From IMG/VR virus record IMGVR_UViG_3300042564_003823, positions 1 through 64,000 of that record: DNA of 64,000 nucleotides; one strand, written 5' to 3'. Source of the DNA: a virus. Numbering within the stretch: the first letter of the stretch is position 1; each line of letters begins with the position of its first letter. Under the pieces are notes generated by a model. The model was not told where the DNA came from, did no database searches, and saw only the letters and a program-made list of their open reading frames with translations. A program made the translations under genes and the position numbers. Positions 29,706-40,157 of the stretch are shown piece by piece.

Positions 29706-32700
29706 TTAATTGAGTGTTTTTTTCAAGTTAAAGAACTCACCAGGAATGTCAACAGATGACCAAACATCTTTTAAGTTCTGATCGTATGGTGGTAATGTTG
29801 GGTTTTGTTTTTCATAGTCCATAACCCTTTCTTTTTGTTCATTGTAAGGCTTGTATTGATTGTTTGATAAAAATGTTGAAATGAATTCGTCTTTAAATTT
29901 TTGAAATAATTTATTCGTTTCTGTTTTTGATCTTTCAAAATCTTGATATAGCCCTTCGTTTCTTTTTGTGGTCGTCCCATTATCTGTGTTATATACAAAT
30001 CCTAAGTTTGAATATAAAAATACCCTCCATGGGTCTCTAAAAGTTTCAGTCTCAGGATTAAAACTATCAGCACTACTTGGTATTGCGGAAACAACGTCCT
30101 CTACAAATTTTTTGTAGTCGTCAAGTATTTGTTTACCCATTGTCATAAAAAACACATTTATTTCTTTTTGTACCGTTTCGTATCCTTTTTTTGTTTCTAA
30201 ATCAGGTCTTAAATACATTTCAAAAAGATAATCTGTATTGAACGTGTACGGATCTCCTGAAGGTATTATTTTGTATTCATCTAATTTTTGGTTATATAAA
30301 TTTAAATCATTACCAACCTTTAAATAATCATAAACAAGTTCATCAAAAGTATTTGTTAAACCTAAAGAAAGTGATTCGGGATCTAAATATCCGGTGGTTC
30401 CTGATATATTATACGCAACCACACCACCTCTTTTGTTTATATATCCATCAACTTTATCACATACGTAATTTAATTCGTCAGTAATTTGAATTAATTTTAA
30501 TTCATTATCAACAACATTTCTTTGTGCACTTGATATAGTATCTATTAAAGAGAAATATTTTTCTTCAATTAGTTCTTTTAGTTTTCTTTTAATTTTTCTT
30601 TTTTCGTCCTTGTCAAAGTTTTTATTAGCAAGACCACCTAAGATTGGGGATGTTTCATTTTCAACATCTGATTTAGCTTGGTCTACCACTTTTCTTATTG
30701 TTTGGAAAAAAGAATTTGTTTTTCCAAAAATATTAACTTTATTATTTGTACTACCACTCAACCAATTGAAAAGTCCTTGAGTGTATTTTCTATCATTATT
30801 ATATATAATAATTCCACCGATTAACGCTTCTTCATTTATTTTTTCAAAATTACTAAGAATTGTGTCAAAATAACTTTTTGTTATATTTGATAATTCGTTC
30901 ATTTTTGTTTTATATTGAATGGTACCGGTAACCGCACTTGTAGTAACATCTAAGAAATTAGATAAAATAGTACCTATTGTATTTCCAGCATTGTTTTCTT
31001 TTTTGTCTTTAACTGTCAATATGCCATATTCATCTTTAATCCCGTCCAATACCTCTGCAGTTATCTCATCAGCAACAGGTTCGGTCTCCGTCGCTCTTTC
31101 ATCATACATTTCTGTGTTTGCATAATAATTGAAACTCAATGCATTTTGTATTTGTGCCACAGGTTTAGCCAAACCGTGACCACCAATAAATTTTAATGAC
31201 AACGTTACATCCGCAATCATAGGTTGTACACCAATACCTTCAGGATTCAAATCAAATTTAGCATCATCATATTTTAATTGTACAGAATCTATAATTGCTT
31301 TAGTGTGGTAAAAATCTCCAACTCTGATAACAACTATTGGTGGTGTACCAAAAGCACTATTGAATACGTCATTATATTCTAAGCTTGTTTGATTTATTCC
31401 TGTGGCCTTTGCAGTTGGGATAGTGTCTCCCGGTCTTGTACATTGGTGTAAAAACGTTAGTCTAGAGTTTAAACCTTCGGGGGTTATTGAATGAAATGTT
31501 GGTTGAAAATTTTTAATTTTACTTTTAATCCCGTCAAAAACCATAGGTTGTTGTTCTTGTAACATATCAAAATAATCACATTCACTTAACAAACGTCTTA
31601 ATAATTTTTTTGTTAATCCTTTAAGTCTAGGATCTGCAGATGCAACAGATATTTGTCTATCTACAATTTTATATTGGGGTGTTGGGTTATCTGTAGTGTT
31701 ATCAGAACCCGCATCAGGATTAGGTCCTGAACTTTCCAAATCAACTTTTTCTTTATCAGGAACAGGTACAGTTTTATTTTCTTCAGGTTTTATCTCTGGC
31801 GGTGTTACTTTAACTTCAGTTATTGTGGTTCTTCTACACAACATAGCCTGAACTGAAGAATACCCTTCTTTTTGACTACTAGGGAATGGTTTAGCGCAAC
31901 TTATATTTGAATACTTTTCTGTTTTTAGAATTGATTGTTTTCCTTCAAAAACTTTATTTATGGTTAATTCTTTTTCGTAATATTTTTTTAATGTTCCGTC
32001 ACTAGTTGGAAATTTTAAAATGGTCTGTAATACCGCATCATATCTTCTTTGTGATAATAAATCATTATAAGAATCATCACCATTTGCATTTGCGGAAGCA
32101 ACAATACTAAATTCAACTTTAGATCCCGAGTCAAGAGCAGACGCCACTTTTTTAAGAAATTCATCAAAGTTACTTTTTTGTTGTTTTATATCTACGTACA
32201 AATTATCTAATGAACTTTTTTTGAATATAATGTATTCTGTTGCCAAGTTTTTTTGATCAATTTTTGGATTTGTTGTTTGTTTTGTGTTTAAAGCTTCAAC
32301 TTCCTCAACTGTTTTATATTTAACGTAATTACCGGGTTTACCGTAATCGTTTCTTGTTGTTTGAAATTTTAAATAATATCCATCGGGGTAACTAGGGATA
32401 TTTGAAACTTCTTTTTTATATGATGTTTCGTTTGAAATGAATTTATTATAAAGTGTTTCATAATCACTTTCACTAAGGGTACTACTTTTTGCCTTATCAG
32501 GGTCTAAGGTTGTTCTTTCAAAAGGAACTGATTGATCAAAGAATAAAATTATTTCTTCAAATTTACCTCCCTTTTCTGATTCTTTTTTTATTTCTTCGTT
32601 TGCGGTATTAATATCTTGTGATTTATTTTCATTACTTACTGTTTCTATATTAGTTTCAACTTCTTTTTCTTCAGTAACTTTTTCTTTAGGTAATTCATTT

Positions 32701-35681
32701 GTAACTTGTTGTAGTTCTCTTATTGTTCTAAGAGATGTTGTTGCCTCAAATATGTCACTCAAACTAAATTGTCTATATTTTTTTAACAAGTCTATTGGGT
32801 CATATTTTAAACATCCAGCAAAAAATGAATCTATAATTTTAGTGGCATCACTGCTCGTTTCTTTTTCTAACTCTTTTTTTACAATTATATTCATTATTGA
32901 AGGGTGGTCAACAACAATTTTAAAAGACAAACTACCGGTTCTTTCAGTACTTTTGTAAACATAAAGTGGTTCTGGTCTACCTAAAAATCTGATTGGTTCC
33001 CATTGTGCTTGTGACGTATCGTTAAAAGTTAAGTCATACGGTGGAAACCACATTATTCTTCCTCCATTTGGCCCAATCTCACAAGCAGGTAAATCATCAA
33101 CAGTAAATCCTTGTCTATTTGAACTTCTCCAAGCTAAGTTTTCTATTGAAAACATGTATTTTTTTGCTCCGATTTTACCTTGATCGTTTAACCCTATGTT
33201 AGTAGAATTAAGTCCGTTTTGTGAACCCATAGGGGCAATATTTAAATTATATGTTTTATCTAAAACAGAGTTATTAAACTTTCTAATATTACCGTCTTTT
33301 TTCTGAAGTTCATTAAACGTGTAGTATGGTCTATCTTTAGTGAATAGTCTACAATACTCGTACCCTTTTATTGTTGCCGTTTTATCTACGGAGTTTGGTG
33401 TAGTATAACGAATAACTTTAGAACCTTTGGTCATTTCTAATAACCCGTCTTTGAATACTTTTGAGACTTGGTTTATCGCATTTCCAACATGTTCAGACCT
33501 TCTTGATGAATTATTTGCTGCCTGTACTAACTTTTGTGTAACATCAAGTAGAGAACCTTCAGTTAAATCAAAATCTGATGATTTTGTTTTATTGTATTCA
33601 GGACCAAATGACGATCTTTCAAAAACAGTATCTGTACCTGCATTATTAATTTGAAGATTACCTGGACCTACAAATTTACCCGGTTGATATATATTATTAT
33701 CAGCAACCCAAGTAAATCCACCTTGTATACCGACACTATCATAAAAAGGTTTAGAATAAGTCCCAAAAAGAATATCTGTAACTTTTTGTCCTTCATATTC
33801 TTTAGAGATTTCACTATAACTAAAAACAGGACCTACATTAGCTTTACCGTTTTTCCATTTTGCCAAATCCGTTTTTGGACTAACCGCATCTCTTATGAAG
33901 TTTTTATTACTACCAATATAATAGTTACCTTGTGGAGCTAACAAATTAGGATTTCTTAGTGATGTTAAAAGGTAATTTGGTCTATAAAAGTTATAAAATA
34001 ATTGGTCAAAAAGTAATCCTCTTACCGCATCTGATGTATTTGATAAAAATAATTCTGAAGAAGTATCAATTAGTGGTGAAGCGATTTTATTTACTAAATT
34101 ATTTAATAAATTATTTACCGAACCAATAGGGTTGTCTTGTATTTGACTAATAAAATTTCTATTTGGGTAATCAAAGTATTCTCCTGGAATAATTGAATAT
34201 GGGGAGTACAACCCTGAAAGTCTAGCGGTAAAACTCAATGCACCGGGAGTGTCAATTAATGGTTGAGTTATTTTAAAATCCCTTTGTATTATTGGTAAAT
34301 TATTAGATAAAACACCTAAAGCATCAAATGGGTTAAGATTTGGTTTAACAGAAATACCTCCACTATCCGGTGAAATTGATGAATTACTTAATGTTGATCT
34401 TCCTAATGTTTGTTGTAATAATTCAAATGCAACTCTAGCCTTAAATTCTTTTTGTAATTGTTTAGCTGCAATTTGTGCCAATGTTGAATCTTGACTTAAT
34501 TTACCGTCACTTCCATTTATATTTTCAACATTATCTGTTGTTAAAATACTAACAGGTAAATAATCTGAGGGTATAAATGCAAATGTACTATCACTTAATC
34601 TATAAGGACTATTAATTGTTTCATTAATGTATGTTACCTCTTCGGGAGTCGTAAACGTACCTTCACCACTATTGTATTTATTTTTTGCATAATAAAATGT
34701 TTGCGATTCTTCAGTTGTTTTTCCAACAAAAGAACCATATAAATATTCACCTTTATTAGGTTTTTGTTCAACATTATCGTTTGGTGTTGCTTCTACCGGA
34801 TTAAATGGTTGGAAGGTATTATTTAATAATATTGTTAGACTTTGTTCGCCAAATATTTCTAAAGGACTATTATCACCTGAACTTTCTGTTGGAAGGTATT
34901 CCCCAAAATTTGTTTGCGTTTGTTGGTCTTTGTTAATATCAACCGTACTCCCATAAGAGCGACCTCCTTTAGTGGCTGGTCCGTATTTGTTTTTAACATA
35001 TTGAAAAACTTCTTGTCTTTGTCCAACAGTTTCTAATTCACTTCCTTCAGCATCTTTTTGATTTTTATATTCACCAGTATTAATACCAAAAGTTTTTATT
35101 TCAAAAACAACCGTATCACCATACTGTCCTCCACCTTTTTCAGGTCCATATTTATTTAATACTCTTAAAAATTTTTCTAGTTCGTTTCCTTTCTTTTCTA
35201 ATCCGTTATTAATGGTATCGGAATAACCGTAGTTTCCTTCATTTGCCTTTTTTTGAAAGTTCACATTTGGGGTTACGGTAGTTTTACTTTGTTGACCTTC
35301 AGGTCCGTACTGATTTTGTACAACTAACTCTTTTTCTTTTGTTTTACCAAATATTTCTAAAAATGATTTTTCAGTTTTAGGATACCCATAAAATCCTAAG
35401 TTTGTTTGTGTCGTTTTATTTAAATTAATATTTACTATTTCGCCAAAACTACCCGATTGTGGTGTATATTTATTTTGACCAATTAAATTTGGTTCAATTA
35501 TTTTTGAAGTTATGTCTAATGGTGTAGAATCAATAACTGAATAATCATTTATAAAAAAATCTTTATTAGTTATTATGTCTGTAGGACTATAAAATCCGTC
35601 AACTCTGTATGGTTTCAGATTTTTTAATAATAATTTTTTTCTGAAATTTTCAGTAGAATCAAATGATAGTGGACTTTCCAT
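29706..35681 (-). CDS. Giant tail-tube-initiator-like protein (gp48/gp54-type) with OmpA-like insertion and N-terminal repeats
   Basis: WFPPYDLTFND...W...FLGRPEPLYVY..TERTGSLSF and PPIVVIRVGDFY...IDSVQLKY...PMIADVTLSLKFIGG are tube-fold motifs; ASANANGDDSYNDLLSQRRYDAV is OmpA-like. Confidence 0.62.
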   Translation of the reverse strand: MESPLSFDSTENFRKKLLLKNLKPYRVDGFYSPTDIITNKDFFINDYSVIDSTPLDITSKIIEPNLIGQNKYTPQSGSFGEIVNINLNKTTQTNLGFYGYPKTEKSFLEIFGKTKEKELVVQNQYGPEGQQSKTTVTPNVNFQKKANEGNYGYSDTINNGLEKKGNELEKFLRVLNKYGPEKGGGQYGDTVVFEIKTFGINTGEYKNQKDAEGSELETVGQRQEVFQYVKNKYGPATKGGRSYGSTVDINKDQQTQTNFGEYLPTESSGDNSPLEIFGEQSLTILLNNTFQPFNPVEATPNDNVEQKPNKGEYLYGSFVGKTTEESQTFYYAKNKYNSGEGTFTTPEEVTYINETINSPYRLSDSTFAFIPSDYLPVSILTTDNVENINGSDGKLSQDSTLAQIAAKQLQKEFKARVAFELLQQTLGRSTLSNSSISPDSGGISVKPNLNPFDALGVLSNNLPIIQRDFKITQPLIDTPGALSFTARLSGLYSPYSIIPGEYFDYPNRNFISQIQDNPIGSVNNLLNNLVNKIASPLIDTSSELFLSNTSDAVRGLLFDQLFYNFYRPNYLLTSLRNPNLLAPQGNYYIGSNKNFIRDAVSPKTDLAKWKNGKANVGPVFSYSEISKEYEGQKVTDILFGTYSKPFYDSVGIQGGFTWVADNNIYQPGKFVGPGNLQINNAGTDTVFERSSFGPEYNKTKSSDFDLTEGSLLDVTQKLVQAANNSSRRSEHVGNAINQVSKVFKDGLLEMTKGSKVIRYTTPNSVDKTATIKGYEYCRLFTKDRPYYTFNELQKKDGNIRKFNNSVLDKTYNLNIAPMGSQNGLNSTNIGLNDQGKIGAKKYMFSIENLAWRSSNRQGFTVDDLPACEIGPNGGRIMWFPPYDLTFNDTSQAQWEPIRFLGRPEPLYVYKSTERTGSLSFKIVVDHPSIMNIIVKKELEKETSSDATKIIDSFFAGCLKYDPIDLLKKYRQFSLSDIFEATTSLRTIRELQQVTNELPKEKVTEEKEVETNIETVSNENKSQDINTANEEIKKESEKGGKFEEIILFFDQSVPFERTTLDPDKAKSSTLSESDYETLYNKFISNETSYKKEVSNIPSYPDGYYLKFQTTRNDYGKPGNYVKYKTVEEVEALNTKQTTNPKIDQKNLATEYIIFKKSSLDNLYVDIKQQKSNFDEFLKKVASALDSGSKVEFSIVASANANGDDSYNDLLSQRRYDAVLQTILKFPTSDGTLKKYYEKELTINKVFEGKQSILKTEKYSNISCAKPFPSSQKEGYSSVQAMLCRRTTITEVKVTPPEIKPEENKTVPVPDKEKVDLESSGPNPDAGSDNTTDNPTPQYKIVDRQISVASADPRLKGLTKKLLRRLLSECDYFDMLQEQQPMVFDGIKSKIKNFQPTFHSITPEGLNSRLTFLHQCTRPGDTIPTAKATGINQTSLEYNDVFNSAFGTPPIVVIRVGDFYHTKAIIDSVQLKYDDAKFDLNPEGIGVQPMIADVTLSLKFIGGHGLAKPVAQIQNALSFNYYANTEMYDERATETEPVADEITAEVLDGIKDEYGILTVKDKKENNAGNTIGTILSNFLDVTTSAVTGTIQYKTKMNELSNITKSYFDTILSNFEKINEEALIGGIIIYNNDRKYTQGLFNWLSGSTNNKVNIFGKTNSFFQTIRKVVDQAKSDVENETSPILGGLANKNFDKDEKRKIKRKLKELIEEKYFSLIDTISSAQRNVVDNELKLIQITDELNYVCDKVDGYINKRGGVVAYNISGTTGYLDPESLSLGLTNTFDELVYDYLKVGNDLNLYNQKLDEYKIIPSGDPYTFNTDYLFEMYLRPDLETKKGYETVQKEINVFFMTMGKQILDDYKKFVEDVVSAIPSSADSFNPETETFRDPWRVFLYSNLGFVYNTDNGTTTKRNEGLYQDFERSKTETNKLFQKFKDEFISTFLSNNQYKPYNEQKERVMDYEKQNPTLPPYDQNLKDVWSSVDIPGEFFNLKKTLN

Positions 35682-35719
35682 CTAATGTTTTATCTATAAA
35701 TAGGTAGTGTAGTATTTTT

Positions 35720-37669
35720 TTACATCATTTGACCTTTTTCAACACTAATATTACTCTTGTTTTGAATAATATTTATAACTCTACTTTTTAACTCTTCAGT
35801 AAAGGATCTATCTTTCATTAAAGCATCGGATAACGTTCCGTTTGAATTAACGTTTATATTAATATTAATATCTCCAGATGCAACAACTTTTTGTACCACT
35901 TCGGAAGACTGTGGTTTTTGATTGGGTATTGACTCTGCCATCATTTTTATAGCATTAGATTCAATACCTGTTTCATTACTGGGTTCTGATGACATCATTT
36001 CTTTTATTTTGAAATTACTATTGTATGAATTTTTTAATATATCCATATTTTTTAAAAGATCGGGAGCAAACATCGCTTCGTCATCCTTAATAAAATTAAA
36101 CATCTGACCTTTACCCATACTTAATACTTTTTTTCCTGTTGAGAAAGTAGCATCTTCTTCTTCCTTCATCTCATCGCCACTTGTTGTTCCATTTGTCATA
36201 TCTTCATCTGTGTATGTTTCTCCTCCTTTTCCTTGACCTACTTTTGTCGCATCCTTATCAATTTGGTTTTCAAGATTTTTCCAATCTTTATCCGCCTTTT
36301 TTTCTTGATTTGAGATTCTTTGTTGTGCTTTATCGTTACTTTTACCTATAATATCAATACCTTTTTCTAAATTATTTGCAATTGTATTTCTTTGGTCTTC
36401 GGTTAAGTTTCTTAATAATATATCTCTTATTGCTCTTGCATCGGCATTTAAACTTTCTTGCAGACCCAAACCTTTTGATGCAATATCTTTTTCTGATAAT
36501 TCAGCAGTTTTTTGGTATTTTTCTAAAGCCGCTTGAATTTCGTTGGGGCTGTCTTTCATCGCAGCTTCCAAATCATCAATTGGTGCAGATAAACCAGGTA
36601 TATCTAAAGTCATTTTACCACCTTTAAATTCTGTAAGTGACGCTAATAAATCTTTTTGTTCTTGAGGCATACCATCGCCAAATGAAGTATCAGAAAGTGC
36701 ATCCATAACTTCTTTAGCCTTTTTGGCTTCTTTACCCATTTTAACATATTCTTCATATGTAACACCAAGAGCGGTAGCTTGTTCTCTCAATCTTTGTCTT
36801 GATAGGGGGTCAATTTCAATTTTTCCTGTTTCTTTATTTACATTATACGCATTTGCAGATAAATCTATAAGTTGGTTTTGTAGCTCTTCAACATCATTCA
36901 TTCCCATATTCATTAATTTGAATGGGCTACCTAAATCACCAATTGCTCCACCTAACATTTGTAAATTAGACGCAACCTCTATTGCCTTTTCAGGATTTAA
37001 AAGATCGTCAGCAAGTTTCATCGCACCTATTTTATCAATATCTGTTCTTAATATTTTTGCTTGTGTTGACATTTTAGCCAAACCTTCTATTCCATTTTTA
37101 AAACCATACGCATCTAATTTTGAAATATAACCTTGCACCTCATTTAATACGGATTTACTGTCAGCACCTGAAACCCTTGCAATTTTACTAATTTTTTGCA
37201 TGGATTCAATACTTTTAATTTGTGAACCTTCAAACCTCATATACTCAGCAGTCATTTTACCTAATTCTTTAGATTGGATACCTGTGGATCTTTCCATTGC
37301 AAATAACGCTTCTCCAAATTTTTCACCACTACTTGTGGCTTGATTTGACATAAAAACTACTTTATTCATCCCTTCGGCAAATCCAGCAACCGCTTCTGTT
37401 ATATCTTTAAATGTACCCCCTAACTTAACTACACCTTCATATGATTCAAATAATTGTTCTCTAAATTTGTTAGATTCTAAAACCATCCCACTATTCATAG
37501 TCCTTGATAAAGACCTGGCAGAATCTTCCATTGACGTTATTGATTCTTGTAGATAATTGGGACTACCTAATTTTTCAATAGCGGCATCTATTTTAGCGGT
37601 AATATCATTTAATTTTGTTCCAGTTTGGTCAAACTCATTTAAAGTACCGTCAGAAGTAAATAACATCAT
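35720..37669 (-). CDS. Tape measure protein
   Basis: Helical Ala/Met/Lys-rich 649 aa protein in the canonical position after the tube and chaperone genes and before the tube initiator. Confidence 0.7.
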   Translation of the reverse strand: MMLFTSDGTLNEFDQTGTKLNDITAKIDAAIEKLGSPNYLQESITSMEDSARSLSRTMNSGMVLESNKFREQLFESYEGVVKLGGTFKDITEAVAGFAEGMNKVVFMSNQATSSGEKFGEALFAMERSTGIQSKELGKMTAEYMRFEGSQIKSIESMQKISKIARVSGADSKSVLNEVQGYISKLDAYGFKNGIEGLAKMSTQAKILRTDIDKIGAMKLADDLLNPEKAIEVASNLQMLGGAIGDLGSPFKLMNMGMNDVEELQNQLIDLSANAYNVNKETGKIEIDPLSRQRLREQATALGVTYEEYVKMGKEAKKAKEVMDALSDTSFGDGMPQEQKDLLASLTEFKGGKMTLDIPGLSAPIDDLEAAMKDSPNEIQAALEKYQKTAELSEKDIASKGLGLQESLNADARAIRDILLRNLTEDQRNTIANNLEKGIDIIGKSNDKAQQRISNQEKKADKDWKNLENQIDKDATKVGQGKGGETYTDEDMTNGTTSGDEMKEEEDATFSTGKKVLSMGKGQMFNFIKDDEAMFAPDLLKNMDILKNSYNSNFKIKEMMSSEPSNETGIESNAIKMMAESIPNQKPQSSEVVQKVVASGDINININVNSNGTLSDALMKDRSFTEELKSRVINIIQNKSNISVEKGQMM

Positions 37670-37696
37670 AAACTTTTATATATAAATAGACATTTA

Positions 37697-37876
37697 TTAT
37701 TTTTTCTCAAATTCCTTCATTAGTTTGTCTACAAAATATTTTCTTTGGAATGTTGGCATAGTAATTAAATCACCATAGGAAAACCCCGCATGTTTAATTA
37801 AAAAATAAATTTCGTCTAAAAGGTATTTTTGGTAATTAGAAGAAAGGGCGAAAAAATTCAACCCCAAAAGAGACAT
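37697..37876 (-). CDS. Tail chaperone second ORF (gpT/gpE'/gp51-like), probably reached by frameshift; not in track
   Basis: The +1 frame overlaps the chaperone end: (MSLLGLNFF)ALSSNYQKYLLDEIYFLIKHAGFSYGDLITMPTFQRKYFVDKLMKEFEKK*. Confidence 0.7.
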   Translation of the reverse strand: MSLLGLNFFALSSNYQKYLLDEIYFLIKHAGFSYGDLITMPTFQRKYFVDKLMKEFEKK

Positions 37877-38588
37877 TAACTGTCACTTCTTCTCCAGACG
37901 GGGCTATTACTTTTCTGTTTAGGTCTAATTTTGGTTCACATTCATTAATGAATTTTCTTAGACTTTTGGAATCAACTATTGGCATGTTAGTTATAAAAGT
38001 TGCAATTTTTCCCTTGTCTCTTGTTCCTTCTAGTTCTACAATTTGTGTTTCTAGTCTTTTAGTGATAATAGGTGTTATCATACCTTTTGGGTAGCTATTC
38101 ATTATAGAATCAAGCATTTTATCATCACCTATAGTTAATAGCTTAACTTTAATATTTTTTTGTGATTTAGGTAATGTAAATGAAAACAATCCTTCAGAAT
38201 CCGGTTGGTGTTTCATTGGTAAATAATTTACCTCATCAATTAAAAGGGTAACGTCAAAATATTTATCAGTTCTAGGATCTAAAACACTGATATTGTATTC
38301 AGGACCGAAAGAAGTGTTTCTTAAAAATAAAAGAATTGCTTGTGCATCAACATTTAATAATTGTTCTATATTAAACCCAGGCTCATAAACCTTACTTCTT
38401 AATAATGAATTTACTATGCCATCTTTTCCATAATTTTGGGACATCAATAAATTTTCATCACTTGCGGTAAGATACCCCACTTTTAGTGATTCTTTTTTTG
38501 ATGCGTAAAAGATTCCTTTTGACGGTAATTTTACCACATCATGTGGTAGATTAAAATTCATTTGCCCATATTCTGCTGCTTCATCCAT
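37836..38588 (-). CDS. Tail/baseplate-hub assembly chaperone (T4 gp26-like)
   Basis: VKLPSKGIFY, LTASDENLL, LFLRNTSFG, FTLPKS and the C-terminal FGVEFFRPFF; sits between the tube and tape measure genes. Confidence 0.78.
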   Translation of the reverse strand: MDEAAEYGQMNFNLPHDVVKLPSKGIFYASKKESLKVGYLTASDENLLMSQNYGKDGIVNSLLRSKVYEPGFNIEQLLNVDAQAILLFLRNTSFGPEYNISVLDPRTDKYFDVTLLIDEVNYLPMKHQPDSEGLFSFTLPKSQKNIKVKLLTIGDDKMLDSIMNSYPKGMITPIITKRLETQIVELEGTRDKGKIATFITNMPIVDSKSLRKFINECEPKLDLNRKVIAPSGEEVTVNVSFGVEFFRPFF

Positions 38589-38630
38589 AGTTTTTTATTT
38601 AAAAAATAATTAACTATTATTTTATGTAAA

Positions 38631-38658
38631 TAAAAAACCCACCTTATAAAGATGGGTT
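38631..38658 (-). terminator. Terminator after tail tube gene
   Basis: AACCCAUCUU-UAU-AAGGUGGGUU hairpin followed by a U-run. Confidence 0.7.
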
Positions 38659-38682
38659 CTTGATTTTTTATGATATTTTTTT

Positions 38683-39171
38683 TTAGTAAACTAATATACA
38701 TCTGTCAGGTTGTAATGTCATGTCAACCATAGCCAAATCATCACCACCATAACCAACATCACCAAAAGATGCTTTTGTAATTAGACACCCTTGAAGAATC
38801 CATTTTTCAACTGCAACTCCTGTTGGGTCTAACATTTCTAAATCAATGTCTTTTTTGTAACCCGCAGCATAACCCATACGACCTGTTACAGATTCAGCAT
38901 GTAAACGAACCCATTCCATTACCGCTTGTGCGGCTGAAGGACCAATAGGGTCTCTTAACTTAACCGTAATTTCGTCCCAGTTAAACTGACCTGAAACATA
39001 TGTTTGTGTGTTAAGGAATTTTATTTCTTTTTTTCCAATAGTTATTGACGGTCTAGATGCACTTTCCACGTACCAAGAGTTGATACCCAAAGATGAAGGA
39101 AACGTCAATATAAACCTGTTCTTTCTTTTTGGTTCATACTGAAAAGGCATTTTCATTAGTAAATCAGCCAT
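38683..39171 (-). CDS. Tail tube protein (T4 gp19-like)
   Basis: YEPKRKNRF, WDEITVKLRDPI, EWVRL..ESVTG, YKKDIDLEMLDPTG..VEKWILQGC. Confidence 0.9.
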   Translation of the reverse strand: MADLLMKMPFQYEPKRKNRFILTFPSSLGINSWYVESASRPSITIGKKEIKFLNTQTYVSGQFNWDEITVKLRDPIGPSAAQAVMEWVRLHAESVTGRMGYAAGYKKDIDLEMLDPTGVAVEKWILQGCLITKASFGDVGYGGDDLAMVDMTLQPDRCILVY

Positions 39172-39278
39172 GTTTTCTCTTTTTTAATTGTTTTATTTAT
39201 TATATAAATATTGTGTTGTTTATTTTTTTTCTATTTACTTTTTTTCATTTTGAAAATATCTTTATATTAATTCCGGTT

Positions 39279-40157
39279 TTAAAACTCTTTTTTAATATTT
39301 CCTTTAGTTAAATATGTTTTTACTGGACTTTCTTCATATTCACTAGATAAAAATTCTTTCATTTTTTCAATATTTCTTGGGTCGTCATCAGAAAACCCAA
39401 TAGAAGGTATAAGTTCCTGATTATTAACATCATTTTTAAAGAAAGCCTTTTCACCTATTTCTTTTGCCAATTCTTTACAATAAGTAATAAAAGTTCTCAT
39501 CGCTTTGATTTTCCCTTCTTCGGGGTTCGCAGCACTCCCCTCCCCAAAAGTAACGGGGTGAAATTTACACAATTCTAAATATTCATCAATTAAATCCTTA
39601 TCAGTAAAATTTAAATCAATACTCTCCTCAATATTCTTTTCGGATTCTAAATTTCTATATTTTTTTAAGTTCTCCACTAAAGTATTCTTATTAATACCAT
39701 TGTGATTAGAAACTATATAATTGTAAGTCGCCTCTTTTAATGTTTCAGGATTATGACCTCTAGCGGTAATTATAGCAAAAATAGAACCACCATTTATACA
39801 CTCAACAAAATCATTCCATGAAGGGCCAGGTGATGCCATCATTGAGTCTATAATAAATCTTTTATCTCCTTCTATTCTAAAATTTCTAAAAGGGTTTGAA
39901 GCGTATCCGACAACAGTTGTTCCTTTATAATTAAAAGGTTCTACACCTAGTTGGTGTCTATGTTCCGCAAAATCCTCAGTAGACATTCCAACCTCCTCTT
40001 CGTTTTCAGTCATCACCATAATTTGTGTTGGCATAAAAACAATGTTGTCGTCCCAATCAAACGCATAGTATTTTGTGTCAGGATTTCCTTCATCGTCAAA
40101 TCCCTCATTCAATCTACGTCTGTTTAAAAAATTGTATACGTGTTTTTTAATATTCAT
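39279..40157 (-). CDS. HAD-superfamily hydrolase/phosphatase
   Basis: Motif I FDWDDN, motif II ITARGH, motif III K (EEGKIKA), motif IV GFSDDD. Confidence 0.7.
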   Translation of the reverse strand: MNIKKHVYNFLNRRRLNEGFDDEGNPDTKYYAFDWDDNIVFMPTQIMVMTENEEEVGMSTEDFAEHRHQLGVEPFNYKGTTVVGYASNPFRNFRIEGDKRFIIDSMMASPGPSWNDFVECINGGSIFAIITARGHNPETLKEATYNYIVSNHNGINKNTLVENLKKYRNLESEKNIEESIDLNFTDKDLIDEYLELCKFHPVTFGEGSAANPEEGKIKAMRTFITYCKELAKEIGEKAFFKNDVNNQELIPSIGFSDDDPRNIEKMKEFLSSEYEESPVKTYLTKGNIKKEF

